Origin: a virus
Lineage: Duplodnaviria > Caudoviricetes
Direction: 5' to 3' (one strand)
Virus record (IMG/VR): IMGVR_UViG_3300031851_000023
Location: 1 to 62,140 of that record
Length of the DNA: 62,140 nt
The notes below the pieces were generated by a model. It had not been told where the DNA came from and did no database searches. It saw only the letters and a list, made by a program, of their open reading frames with translations. Both the position numbers and the translations under genes were made by a program. How positions within the stretch are numbered: position 1 is the first letter of the stretch; every line of letters starts with the position of its first letter. Of this stretch, positions 28,801 through 38,200 are shown piece by piece.

Positions 28801-30228
28801 CCTAACGTCAATAATATTTGCTCTTGAACCAGTATTTAAACCAACTACATCCAATCCATTAGCAAGAGTTGATAATCCTGTGTTACCAGTAAAATCAACA
28901 CGGAATTGATCTGGACCAAAAACTTGATGACCAATTGGAAACTTTACACCAATATCACCATTTACTTCTTTATCGACAAGAATTCTTTGCTTGTCGTCAA
29001 AGACCATAGCATAATCCCAAGTAGCAACAGCATCGCCATTAGCATCAATTTTGTCTCTATAAGTAACACCAGTGACATAGTTTTTATCACCGAACTTAAA
29101 GATGTGTTTGCCAGGATTGTTTGGTCTTATAATAACCAAACGAAGGTTATCACCAACAACCGATGCGTCTGGTGGTAGTGAGATGGGATTGTCTTCTACA
29201 TAATCACCACCAGAAACAATTAACGTTTCTTTGACACCAGGAGTAGACCATGCAATTTGTGCTGCCTTCTTAATGGTTCTAACAGGAGCAACAGCAGAAC
29301 GACCATCATTTAGATCGGAACCAATTTGTTCTGAAACATAAACACGACCACCAACGTCATTTGTTGCTAGGTTAAGTACATATTCAGTAGTAGCAATTTT
29401 GTCGGATCTATCTCCTAGAAGAGGAGTAATAGAACGAGGATATACACCTGCGTCTCCGGTATCATTATATCTAAATTCTTCTTCATTAATTACACGAAAA
29501 CCAACATGCTTGAAGTTAACTTCGCCATTTGCAACAATACCATCAACATGCTCTGGACCGCTAGGTCCAGTTTCTCCAGCATTTAGTGCCTGATAAACAT
29601 TTGAACCAAAATATCTAAATGAATTTTCCTGAAGAATAATATTTGGTGCCCATAAAGTACCAGTATTATTTTGATATGTTTTTAAGTTGGGCGCTCTAAA
29701 ATTTGTATCTGGAGTGATAAAGTTGTCAATATCTAGGTTTAGAATTCTCGCCGTATCTGAAATGATAGACGTGGAAGTTCTAATAGCACCATTAATATCA
29801 AGTTCAAAGTCAACGGTATCAAGTGCGGATGTTGCTGCAGCACCAGAACCATTACCACCACTAATAACAACTTGAGGAGCAGTACTATAACCACTACCTG
29901 GGTTATTAACTGCAATGTTAATAACACGACCGTTGAAAATAAAGGCAGATGCTAAAGCTTGTGTGCCACCTTCGGGGGGTGCTGTGAGTTCTACTAATGG
30001 TGCGGCGGTATACCCAGAACCGGACTCGGTAATTGTGATAGTATTAACTCTTTGTCCAGTTCTGTTAATACCAACACGAGGTAAATCCGTTTCGGAATCT
30101 AGTTGAGTTCTTAAAATTTCTTTTTCAGATGATCCAGTACCACCTCTAATAGTGAGTTCATTATCACCAATAAGTTTTGGATTAACGCCTCTAATTTTTT
30201 CTTTATCTGAATTGATATGAAAACTCAT
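19804..30228 (-). CDS. Giant tail fibre/spike-like virion protein (3474 aa)
   Basis: GxGY repeats, beta-helix entry motif (YVS..GSD.NDG.S..P.RTIKKA...GDNLR), GLDADLLDG fibre motifs, GIN...P...L.V.G repeats, C-terminal SAGPI...W.VV; late promoter at 30261-30268. Confidence 0.85.
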   Translation of the reverse strand: MSFHINSDKEKIRGVNPKLIGDNELTIRGGTGSSEKEILRTQLDSETDLPRVGINRTGQRVNTITITESGSGYTAAPLVELTAPPEGGTQALASAFIFNGRVINIAVNNPGSGYSTAPQVVISGGNGSGAAATSALDTVDFELDINGAIRTSTSIISDTARILNLDIDNFITPDTNFRAPNLKTYQNNTGTLWAPNIILQENSFRYFGSNVYQALNAGETGPSGPEHVDGIVANGEVNFKHVGFRVINEEEFRYNDTGDAGVYPRSITPLLGDRSDKIATTEYVLNLATNDVGGRVYVSEQIGSDLNDGRSAVAPVRTIKKAAQIAWSTPGVKETLIVSGGDYVEDNPISLPPDASVVGDNLRLVIIRPNNPGKHIFKFGDKNYVTGVTYRDKIDANGDAVATWDYAMVFDDKQRILVDKEVNGDIGVKFPIGHQVFGPDQFRVDFTGNTGLSTLANGLDVVGLNTGSRANIIDVRFEETTGASAYISGSADVELKSGSFVQGEQFSYITSAGTGAAISGLTITAASGENKLRSTSDPSSIIPAGTYVFVDDTNDAVFTQGYYQIASITPDDIDTPTYWDIRFFGILGAPEWNSTAAISVNINQATPQIETFNSTSLISIRAEGEVVSVNEDFEASYPIIRLDFSKQGDPSITQNGFQFETFGNSEDIGGVVFYTSELVGRSNTHELKEGEEIVISGMPTSNPDLSALNGKQRIYKVLEDADGRARRFVIPKKFPAIVDNNIQPGQTAVAKTFTRSVTLSLLNSPNTFATATPVERRYQDAVTFIRNNREFIADEVVGKINDQFKRDYYSVYDIGGQATAQFTPTNVTYNPATGDTVFTVNNHGLSVGNGIRIADQSITFTCAMDGNQTEHALPDTDQFASGRSLPITASDTNTFTVNVGASGPDQQFTPSGANYDPATGSLVLTVGPHTLSVGEGIIIDDNSLSFTCDMDGNQSVKTYPRPGIDPFAGRSMPITAVAENTITINAGISGPNKYFTPTGANYNPVTGDMTVTVGQHGLGVGRSVVLADNSFTFTCALDGNVLQSTYPRPGQDPFAGKSIAISAVGSTQHTATDAPYDAATGVVTLTVSNHGFTNGDYVKIDDGTLTYTCDLDGNVAQKSYPRAGYDYPSGRWLEISNVTTNTFDINVGSSSYTGTHTFVSALANGIDHQDGTFTINVGTSSDTSAHTFISASANAIKHEPQSIHSFSGSASNAVKHLPQSVHTFVRSESNSLSVGGSSFSIYLGTLDHVNTWVSGGTVTSSTGAVANVTNFVYDTSNTGVAVVTTDQPLTLANDDIVRLADLLIECEAGQKIYPAYSAPTSTNSGSNGDVQCKQDVIHFLNALTRDLEFGSNHNIIEAADRYVVGAKIAYIENEIIQTVRAIEYARELAIFAMCNWRTGDRTQSSPIYVPEFTSSERYFDDTVITATAGSPACDDVRSAIDTLAYLYVDVIGNDASGTYLDAAYLIARNRDLIAEQALTNTETNFPTLGLSDLHQRKCRRDINYILGGLVRDLVLGGNAGIVSNAETYFSGSVLVGVDASQLPSTRYAYTQVAELAKKAMRNWSDGTIIQSTPTTATYNASTGEVTVSISGSVGNPTTNDRIAFKQGALTFNCAFNSGGDHASPSPTDKNRGKSHAITNVSTGGGLTTITCNVGSSSYTGAHSFVSALTDGTILIFDPVVPSVNIPTFEDWDILPYSSNPLCANVSSTIDTEMQLLDDILGGVVLPGATTQTYGTLFNTAEIRTYPDSFIYDQNNNRMAVRADYDDYPIIEASPYTQNASVISFLGGGGAEVDGNKVKQPNSPFPGLNLDGSATFPNQGKSMVAAAFTIVSFGGTGYRVVNDGYTQLVSVFVIFCSDGVIAESGGYCSITNSATNFGQYALRAIGFRKDAYEFDIATVSNVSATPTGRTILTVAGLGREPLEHYIVKIDGYKNSNPDIEYFIDSIAAVTVDGSGGQLTIDDGTGQAMSLIDISNNQAVSNSVLTGKTIRLHRPSIVNSSSHTWEYAGSGTNYNALPENGGTKDESSEQVSQNYGRVYVSGTDELGDFKVGTFAKIENRTGNITFTGTVTISEVEFLKLKGGDVVVTGFDASNTLGGASASDSKIPTQKAVKDFITNNLGPYINKPYSTNAVPRALVELTDSGKISIDQIPALRPFSVYTVPDVAGRTSIEGALAGDIAIQQDTSTSFILNEDNDTLFLGFNPDPALSFTIGDVFTGSVSNGRLQSTEYREGVIYRINITNSGSGYVTAPNIVISGGNPSAGAIAAEADCTIANGEVVTVTITLFNGLLGGKGYTTQPTITFDAPPGGGIQAQGSALLESRLYGDIVNRIKIEDTDTIQDSTSPSTNTVNLTRTVNTSSFDIANWVSLSSEAVSVNTLVSSGPNELISTSLLGANAANSFTFLRGDQSYALTVQSLKGAENRYFASLYSQASVGTNSLIFTTNSNTLIGHEVVDNILGIPANTNITGVITTGGLTTVAIDNPVTDIIPAGTIIEFLRGESPITFESTYTQGQFVESIIIAAPGSGFSNGQFFDVPLFGGSGTGLAANITVVNNEVTSVVVTDGGVNFNADFSITVPPTEIGSGSGLVLDCKVSTINRQYANISLDIARVSDLTISADLYGTIGVSRYKKSQFNIGQGGNGSVELKTGPDSGLDADLLDGAQGAYYLNAGNLNAGTLLSDRLAGNYNIDISGQSQNTIRVISGTNNPVSSPAPNTFVTGIVSNTIFNSAAALNDGGSKTQIVTFRPGGQGFTVDGGVKQLAFTDNDNMYLRGSGSGVSTFGTWAKVWTSGNDGVGTGLDADRLDNKQGSWYQNALNINSGTISDNRLPTYKSASSFRDQIEIKSYSGDPRYRIYVSGQTLTDAKYSPGADAVNLYNSNDQATGVIEIDDRIINDDVGDNFNDYTILIGRLTTGNFVGAIKIGDANESVFFQDFSIEDGNNFVAATLESNSGNAQLKLGRSDGISSAPAVLFNSSTLTASYNSKIEASGGNATDGSGQLNIVVGDENSLSINSQTVWNAGNTAFNSSNIVSTAALTSAVARDTNGDFSAGTITAALTGAASLNVLKAGDTMTGPLTLTGANSDLSISGTSLFTGVVSMSDDLNVDSGTLFVDAGSNEVGINAGTNPLSTLDVRGDGGIFVRSITNAVGAKIRFCDVSSNQSQVGTLRYNHSDSQSPASEYGEGFTMEGTETELYFRVVGDVIASRKMGVGINREPDYTLEVNGNAMFQTGVTIDTDNDNSGAPLVFRGSSSYRNFRIGNQLVGNHLFTIQASTNNGGTTWNGTPAITVAGDSNRVGINTTATSGTDPESGTNRNYQLNIQGDVNFNGQLFQNNAEFVTSRWTEASNGNDIYRLSKVGINVADPTYTLQVSGTFKATGNSEIDGTFRIGTAATNRIDVSGSSMNIQSGTFSSGQISNGLKINGDKQYIDKYGIIKRNRSTITDNITITASDRCMSAGPIEIASGNTVTIVNGGAWSVV

Positions 30229-30271
30229 GGTGCGTGCGCTCGTTCATCTTTCCTAGTTATTATTTAGCGAA

Positions 30272-30772
30272 TTACGACCATGCGATAGATACAACATCTG
30301 TCATAGCAATCCATTTAATATTTGATGTTGTTCCTGCTCTTGTAGTATTATATGTGAAATTATTTACCGACCCTAAAGGAACAACATCCCAAGTTTCTCC
30401 TTCGGGAATATCATCTTTTATAGTTGTCTCTAAAGTTGACGAAATAGATACTGCACCGGATCCATTACAAAATACAGCACTTTCTAATTTTTTTGCGAAT
30501 AATGTTCCGTTGGGATTTACAGCAATAATCTGACCAGTAATAAAATTTATCGTGTTATTTTCAATATTGATTAATGTTCCAACATCATCTAATTGCAAGG
30601 AACCACTGTTAGCTCCACGTAAAATATATTTTACTGATTTGGAATCGGCATAAAAAGAATTTTTTATTTCTAAAGAATTTAATTCTTTAGCATTTTTATC
30701 TTTATCAATTATTGTTGTTTGATCAATAGAAAATCCACCAAGTGAATCAAACTCTCTTAAATTAACAGGCAT
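30272..30772 (-). CDS. Virion structural protein, 166 aa
   Basis: Beta-rich ORF between two fibre-like genes in the late operon. Confidence 0.7.
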   Translation of the reverse strand: MPVNLREFDSLGGFSIDQTTIIDKDKNAKELNSLEIKNSFYADSKSVKYILRGANSGSLQLDDVGTLINIENNTINFITGQIIAVNPNGTLFAKKLESAVFCNGSGAVSISSTLETTIKDDIPEGETWDVVPLGSVNNFTYNTTRAGTTSNIKWIAMTDVVSIAWS

Positions 30773-30773
30773 T

Positions 30774-33700
30774 TTACTTGAGGGCGTGTGTGACTACAGT
30801 AAATTCTACGGAACTACCAACTAAATGATCATTGGTTAAAGTTACAGTTGCACGTACTTCATTTTCATCAGTAAAATCAAATGTAGTTGTGAAACCATCC
30901 TGAGAACTATTTAGACCACCGTATTCGTTATTGTAAATGTCGGTAGTGCTTTTATTGATAATTCCATATTCCATCATCGACTTATTTCCTGTTGCAGTAT
31001 TCTTTGAAAGAATTGTACAACGGCAACCATTAGCAGTAACTGTACTGTAAAGAACAGCACTTCCAATTTCAGATGAACCTTTGACTAAAGTAATTTTTTT
31101 AGTTGAAATTATATAATCTGCTAATTCAAATTCTTTTAGTTCAGAATCAAAAATTTTAACACCATCATACACTCCAGTACCAAATCCAATATTATAAAAA
31201 ATATCACCAGTGTCTTGGAATCTTAAAATTGGATCGACATTTAATCCAGATGATAGACCTAACTCTAATGCTGGTTTATTACTATGAATAAATGTTTTTG
31301 TCGTATCAGTGTTATCAATAGTTGTTGATGCATTATCAAGTGTTAGAAGAGATGAAGTTAGTTCAAACTCATTACTGGTTACAGATCTGATAGTATCAAC
31401 TGTGTCAAAATCAAGTGCTGTTGCTGTGAGTCTTAACGTATTGTTATTGTCATTATAAAAATATAAAATATTTTCATTTGATCCTGGAGAAAGTTCTGGT
31501 ATAATATAAGTATTCTGATCAACGTCTTTGACGCCACCAAGAGAACCCCAGTTGACTCCATCATAACCTTCAAACTGAAGAGCAGATGTATTGAAACGAA
31601 CAGAACCCTGATCAGGTGATCCCCTATCAGCATCCGCTCCAGATGGAAGAACCAGTGTTGTATTAGTATCAATTTTTACTTTTTTGCCACTGTTTGGCGC
31701 TATTAAAATATCACTGATAACAGAAGAGATTATATTTTCTGAAAGTTTTAAGTCATTGTTAATGACAATAGGACTAGAACCTGTTGGATCAATTCTAACC
31801 TCTTCAATATCTTCAAATACAATAGGTGCTACAGCTAATTGACTATAAACTAGTGTGGCATTGCCATTTAAAAAATTGCTTCCTGATATATCAACTGGAG
31901 GTGATCCTGGTCCGCCTGTAGTACCGTCTACAATAACTTCGTATAAGTTGTTCTTCCACTTTAAATAATCTCCAGCAACAACAGGAGTATTTGCATTCCA
32001 GTTAACAAAATTTGGCGCTGACGTATTAACAGAACTTTGCTTCTTCACATTCACAAATTCTAAAGAATTTGGTGTAACGTTTATAGTGTTAATATCATCA
32101 TTAATAAAATATAAAGTATTGTCGTTTGCGCCAACAGTTTCTTCTGCTTTAATATAGGTGTTACCGTCTTGGTCTCTAACACCTCCAAGAGAAGACCATG
32201 CAGTTGTTGTTGCGTTATAACCTTCATACTGCTGACTTTCTGTATTGAATCGGATCGATCCATTTTCAGCTAATAATGTTGGTCTCTCTGCTGTAGTACC
32301 AAAAGGAATATTTAAAGATGTAGTTGTTGGAATTTTTACTACTTGATCTACTGCTGGTATAATATTAATATCAAAACCAGCTTTTGATGAAATCGTATCT
32401 TCTTCTAAATGTAATTTTTCGTTAAATTCTGCGTAAGAAGATGTTTTAAAATATCCAGCACTATCGATGTTACCATCAGTATCGATAGTAATTTTATCTT
32501 TAAACGCAATATCTGTGGAAGTTATAATTAAAGAATCTATAGCAGTAATTGTAACATCTGTAGCAGAAGTAATTTCTGGTACATTAATATCTGTTGCTAT
32601 GATGCTATCGGCAGTTAAAGTTCCGGTGAGAGTTTGATCTACTGTATTAACTTGAGAACTTACTAGTGTAGGAATTGATACAGTTGAATTTTCTACATCT
32701 GTGTTGAAAATATTTGATGATGTTACGCTAATTACATTAAGTAATAAACCAGAACCAAATGTTCTTGGATTGTTAGCATCAATAGTAATTGATGCTTCTT
32801 GGTTATCTACCCCACCCATGTTTTGGTGGTTAGTACAATAATAATATAATGGACTAGGGGTATTTTCTGTAACACTAATAGTTAAATCTGTTCCTACTCT
32901 AGTTACACCTTCTGTATATTCACCGCCTGTAAAGGTTGCGCTAATTGCTCCAGTAACTGTGGCATTTCCCGATAATGTAATTTGAGTTGGTCCATCTACA
33001 CTAACAACAATTAAAGAATCTGGAATAGATCCAGCACCTTCAGTAGTCACTAGCATTCCTGCTAAAATACCTGTAGTGGAATTTAGCGTCATAACTGGAG
33101 ATGCTGCAGTTACTGACCCAGTTACCGCAGATACTAAACTTGGGGAATATATTCCATCTCTAAATGCACTTAATGTAAATGGGTGATCAGATGGATATGA
33201 AATTACAATCGTATCTCCAACATAAAAAGTTAGATTTGGTGTTGTAACTCCACCAATTTGATATCTATTTTCAGAAGTGGCAGCACTGATTGGATACGCA
33301 TTTGAACCATCTTTTACCAAACTTGTGGATTGAAATTGTCCACCATCAGCAACAACTATAGAAGTAATATTTGAACCATCGTCAATAACTGACAATACAT
33401 CAACTAATGTTCCGTCACTTGATACACTTGTTACAGTTGCTACAGTATTTCCACTGGCACCAATAGAAGCGCCACTAAATGTTACCGTATCATTTGCCTG
33501 GTAATTGTATCCTCCATCATCTGGGGTTATAGTAGCAGAGATTACTTCACCATTTTCGTCAAAAGAAATATCAAATAATCCTCCAACACCATTTCCTGAT
33601 GTTGAAGTTGGTGATATATTTGATAGTGAACTATCAGCAGTTCCTCCAGTAGAAGCAGTTGTAACTTCTGTATCTCCAATTACTCCTCCTTGTATTTGAA

Positions 33701-35075
33701 CTTGATCTGATGTAGTTAACGCACCGAGAGAAATTGCTGGATTGAAAGTTAATGATTCTACCGAAACACTAGTTGCAGTATAACTAATATTTTGAATTAA
33801 GTTTGCTGGATTTGTAGATAAAATATCACCTACAGCATATCCAACTCCACCATCTGTTATAGTAACTGAGCTAACAGATCCTAACGATGAAATCGTATAT
33901 ACAAGATTTGGTGATGGTTGTCCATACGGGGGAGTTATAGTTACTGTAATGGATCCAGCAGTTGTTGGAGTATCAGATAAAGTTAAAATGTAATCTCCAC
34001 TGTCTCCATCAATACTTAAGCTAATTGTTGTATTAGCAGCAAGAACAGCAGTTCCACCAGTTTTTGTTATAGTAGAACCGCCAACAAATTGATTATATTG
34101 TGCTTCTGTTATAACAATTATAGTAGATGGTTCTCCTTCTTCGGTAGCAATTGTTAATGAAACCCCAGTTACTTCTGTCTTAAGACTGAGAGTTTCTCCT
34201 ACCAGATATCCACTTCCTTTAGAAGAGAAAACTAGAGTACTTGTGTCAATACTACTCGGATTATTTGAAATAACAAATGTTGCTCCACTTCCTCCACTTG
34301 TTTGAGTGATGTCATTTTCATCAATATATGACATCGTGCTGTTATCTGGAGAGAGCACATCTCCATTTAAATATCCAGAACCAGATTGTGAAATTGTAAT
34401 TTCCGTGACAGATCCTGAACTGTCTACAACTACGGTTGCTACAGCTCCTGAACCATTTCCTCCAGTAAGACTTACATCATCATAACTATTTTCTTCATAT
34501 CCGCTTCCGGCATTACTTACAGATCCTTCAATATTTGGAACTGTGAAATTAATTGATGTAGAGTTTTCTGGAGCAGACCCACCAGTAAGTGTAGCACCAA
34601 AATACTGACCAGATGTTAATCCCGAAGCGTTTGTAGTTACTGAACCCAAAAATGCTTCTACTACAATTGTAGATTCTGATCCACTACCACTGCCACCAGA
34701 AAGAGGAACTTCTGTATATGATCCTGCTCCGTACCCACTTCCTGCAGTAGAAATTTGAGTTCCTGTAGTATCTAATTCATTTTTAATGACATATAAGTCA
34801 TTATACGCACTAACTTGAGAACTTGAATATTCAAAGATCTTTCTTGATCCAGAAACAAAAGAAAGAATATTTAAATCTGACTTAAATAAACCAAGAGAAT
34901 TATCGCTTATAAAAGATAATGATGGTATATTTTTAGATCCATCTCCAAGTTTTAAATTTCCTGTGGATAAATCGGAACCACCAGCGGCAATGTTGAATAC
35001 TTGAGATCCAATATCATTAATTTTATTCCTTTGTTGTTCAAAGGTATCTGTTCTAGCGACATTAATTGCTGGCAT
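30774..35075 (-). CDS. Large fibre-like virion protein (1433 aa)
   Basis: N-terminal VARTDTFEQQRNKIN fibre-attachment-type motif; GxGY repeats; two P.G...R...G.RFNT...EGY...W.SLGGV.D.D.NTYI repeats; YYYCTNHQNMGG. Confidence 0.8.
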   Translation of the reverse strand: MPAINVARTDTFEQQRNKINDIGSQVFNIAAGGSDLSTGNLKLGDGSKNIPSLSFISDNSLGLFKSDLNILSFVSGSRKIFEYSSSQVSAYNDLYVIKNELDTTGTQISTAGSGYGAGSYTEVPLSGGSGSGSESTIVVEAFLGSVTTNASGLTSGQYFGATLTGGSAPENSTSINFTVPNIEGSVSNAGSGYEENSYDDVSLTGGNGSGAVATVVVDSSGSVTEITISQSGSGYLNGDVLSPDNSTMSYIDENDITQTSGGSGATFVISNNPSSIDTSTLVFSSKGSGYLVGETLSLKTEVTGVSLTIATEEGEPSTIIVITEAQYNQFVGGSTITKTGGTAVLAANTTISLSIDGDSGDYILTLSDTPTTAGSITVTITPPYGQPSPNLVYTISSLGSVSSVTITDGGVGYAVGDILSTNPANLIQNISYTATSVSVESLTFNPAISLGALTTSDQVQIQGGVIGDTEVTTASTGGTADSSLSNISPTSTSGNGVGGLFDISFDENGEVISATITPDDGGYNYQANDTVTFSGASIGASGNTVATVTSVSSDGTLVDVLSVIDDGSNITSIVVADGGQFQSTSLVKDGSNAYPISAATSENRYQIGGVTTPNLTFYVGDTIVISYPSDHPFTLSAFRDGIYSPSLVSAVTGSVTAASPVMTLNSTTGILAGMLVTTEGAGSIPDSLIVVSVDGPTQITLSGNATVTGAISATFTGGEYTEGVTRVGTDLTISVTENTPSPLYYYCTNHQNMGGVDNQEASITIDANNPRTFGSGLLLNVISVTSSNIFNTDVENSTVSIPTLVSSQVNTVDQTLTGTLTADSIIATDINVPEITSATDVTITAIDSLIITSTDIAFKDKITIDTDGNIDSAGYFKTSSYAEFNEKLHLEEDTISSKAGFDINIIPAVDQVVKIPTTTSLNIPFGTTAERPTLLAENGSIRFNTESQQYEGYNATTTAWSSLGGVRDQDGNTYIKAEETVGANDNTLYFINDDINTINVTPNSLEFVNVKKQSSVNTSAPNFVNWNANTPVVAGDYLKWKNNLYEVIVDGTTGGPGSPPVDISGSNFLNGNATLVYSQLAVAPIVFEDIEEVRIDPTGSSPIVINNDLKLSENIISSVISDILIAPNSGKKVKIDTNTTLVLPSGADADRGSPDQGSVRFNTSALQFEGYDGVNWGSLGGVKDVDQNTYIIPELSPGSNENILYFYNDNNNTLRLTATALDFDTVDTIRSVTSNEFELTSSLLTLDNASTTIDNTDTTKTFIHSNKPALELGLSSGLNVDPILRFQDTGDIFYNIGFGTGVYDGVKIFDSELKEFELADYIISTKKITLVKGSSEIGSAVLYSTVTANGCRCTILSKNTATGNKSMMEYGIINKSTTDIYNNEYGGLNSSQDGFTTTFDFTDENEVRATVTLTNDHLVGSSVEFTVVTHALK

Positions 35076-35268
35076 TTTTTATTAGCTCTCTAAGTAGGGA
35101 TTTGATTTCAGAGACTTCATCCTTCAACATATTTATGTCTTCTAACGCGGAACCAAGGTGTTTTGATTTGCGTCTAGATTCTATGGCAGAATCGTCCAAA
35201 CTGATGATGGCACCTGTGGTCTCATCTCTGACGAGACCATCATGACCTTCTACTTTAATATAACTCAT
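35062..35268 (-). CDS. Small coiled-coil protein
   Basis: KVEGHDGLVRDETTGAII plus C-terminal heptads; typical small gene following the large virion protein. Confidence 0.75.
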   Translation of the reverse strand: MSYIKVEGHDGLVRDETTGAIISLDDSAIESRRKSKHLGSALEDINMLKDEVSEIKSLLRELIKNASN

Positions 35269-35277
35269 ATGCGGAAA

Positions 35278-38200
35278 TTAGAATGCTGCTACTGCTCGAA
35301 TGTCTTGAATCTTGGGAACAAATGATGGATCGACTCCTTTCATAATAATTTTAACCGCAAAGGATGAGAACTCTGGGAGATTTGACACACTGTAAGTAAT
35401 ATCCTGATAAGATGATTGTTTTTCTACTATCGAAGAAATTGTATTTTCTGGAGTAGCAATCACTAGTGAATCTGGAGATCCATCTTCATTAAAGTATGTC
35501 CAATTAACATCTTCAAAGTTTTCTTGACTCGAAGATTTTTTAAATTTGTAAAGAACTTGAACATCATTAATATCCTTAGAATTTAATGTCAAGTGAACAT
35601 CAATAGCAGTTGCTGGATTGTTAATTACAACTTCCTTTGTAACATATTTTGCTACAGTAGAACTGTTCTTAGAAGTATTGTCGGAAACATATGTTATTCC
35701 GTTGGCATAAGTTATTGCTTTAATTTCCAAGAATCTTGCTTCATCATCTACTTGATTCGGATACTTCAAGAAGTCTCCTACTCTAAAGATATCGGCAAGT
35801 TGATCATTCACATCAGAATTTCTATTGAATATTAAATTGTCAGTAATTCTTCCTGTGAAATCATCTGCTAGTGGTTGTGTGTCGTTTCTAACTTCTAGTT
35901 TCTGAGTCTTGTTATTCCAAATAACCGCACTTCCAGTAATAATATTATCATACGATTCTAGAATTACGGATGGATTTCTTGCAACCATAGTTGCTGAATC
36001 TGGAATATCAAGGAATACTTCAACTGGGTTTGTAGAAATAGTAGCAGCTGGTACAACTACACCATTAACAGTTTCAATTAACGTTGGTTGATTTCCTAAC
36101 GTAACTCTTTCTCCTCTCTTGAAGAACTGACTTGTCTTGAGTCTCACCCAAACTGTAGAACCTTCAACTTTAGCAATAGTGCCAACTGCTTTTGAAGTAT
36201 ATCCTTCAATAGCTTGATTGTTTTGGATTTGACTGCCACTAGTATTTCCTATATTAAACTTATAGATCGGGTAGAACTCAATAATTTGATCTCTTCTTCC
36301 ATATCTATCTTCTTGTCCAGTAGCAGATTCGATTCTGTTTGATACAGTTTTGACACTTGCCGTAGAAAGATCAACTACTGGAGAAAGATAAGAAACGGTA
36401 GATGAAAGAGATAACTTATACGTTAATGAAGTAACATTATTCAATGTTTCATTAATATCAGAAGCAATAAACTTTTGATTTGTAAAATAATGTGGTTCAT
36501 TCAAAAATGTCTTTTCATAATCTGTTTGGGAATATGATGTATAATTATTGGTCAGGGAATCCACAGGAACAACATTTGTTGTTTTAATCGAAGAACTCAA
36601 CTTAGTTCCACTAAATGATAAACATTGAATTTGTGGATATAAAATTTCATATTTTCTATTGTAAGTAGCATACACTACTTCACCACCACCTTCAATGTTT
36701 CCAGAAGCAGCAATATTTGATGTGATATTATAAGTGTCAATTCCACTATTTGTAATTTGGAATAACTTGCTATTTAAAACATCAGAAGTTACACCGCCAG
36801 TTTCGACAGCACCTTTGAAGAAAACATAAGAAGATCCAGAAGTTTCAAATCCATTATCTCTATGTGATACTTGAATAATGTTGTTGTTGTTTCTAAAGAG
36901 TTTTGAAGTCGCGTTTGTGTTAGATGTAGCGTTAGTATTGAATGGGTTCTTGGCCAACAATTCGTAACCTAAAGATTCATTTGTTAATATCAACTCTGCA
37001 GTTTTAGCGATATTAAATTCTGCTCTGTATAGAGTAAATTTGACATCTTCAAAATTATCTTCTGTCCAGTTATCTACATTTTGTGATCTGTATACTGAAC
37101 CGAGAGAAGGTTGTGTCGTAATAACAGTACTTGTGGCGACATCAACTTCCCCAAGTCTAGATACCCAAAGTTCATAATCAGTTGAGTCAGTTTCAATTGC
37201 CATAGCATACTCGGTATCATTCTGTAGATATACCGGATGCTCAAATTCAAAATGTGATGGAACAGTAGAATCTGTGAGACCGCTCTGGTCCACTGCTACG
37301 CCCATTCTAACAGCAGGACTATCAATCTCTATCTCAGTTTCAATTGTCGCTCCTCCAGCGCCGTTACCGATGCCTTTGATGACTACAGATGGTGGTTCTG
37401 TATATCCAAATCCATTCAAACTAATTTCTGTATTATAAAGTTTGCCATCGGATACCTCCACACCAGCAGTAGCAACAGATCCACCAGGAAGTTGTGGACT
37501 TTCAATAGTTAAAATTGCGTTGGTGTAATTTTGACCAGTAGATGTAATTCTAATATTTGAAACCTTGCCACTATCTTTAGCAACAGTCAGAACGCCAGAT
37601 TCTCCCTCAGTGTTGTTTCTGAGAGTTACTGACGGAACTGAAAGTTGCTCGTTTTGATTAAACGAACGACCATTATGGTTACTTAAAACGAGAGTATATA
37701 CTTGCTCATTTGTTAATAAGAATCTACCAGAAGAAGATGGAACTAAATCAACACCATTCTTGTCAATAATTTTTTCAACTGGACCACTTGCAGCAGAAGT
37801 AGTTCCCGTTACATTTTCACCTTTAGTAATATAAACATTTCCATTTGTGAAAAATTTGATATACGTAAATGGAGATAGGATTTTTTCTGTTCCAGGAATA
37901 ATATTTTTACCTGGTTTGTCCGAATCTACATTAGTTAAGTATACTTTGACAGGAACCTTATTGCTTTTTTTGCTGAAGTAAAGATCGATACCTGTGGTAA
38001 ATACTCCACCATCATAGTTTTCAATTTTAAACGTTTGAGCAAGTGGATTTGGTCTTACTGGATTGTCGGTATTGCTATCAACAAACTGAACACCTTCATT
38101 TGCCTTAAAGAAAGATGGTTTAGTGGAAATAACACTGACAGGATTTTCTGGTAGAATACCAGTAGCATAGTACTTAACTTCAGCATACGTAGATACTGTT

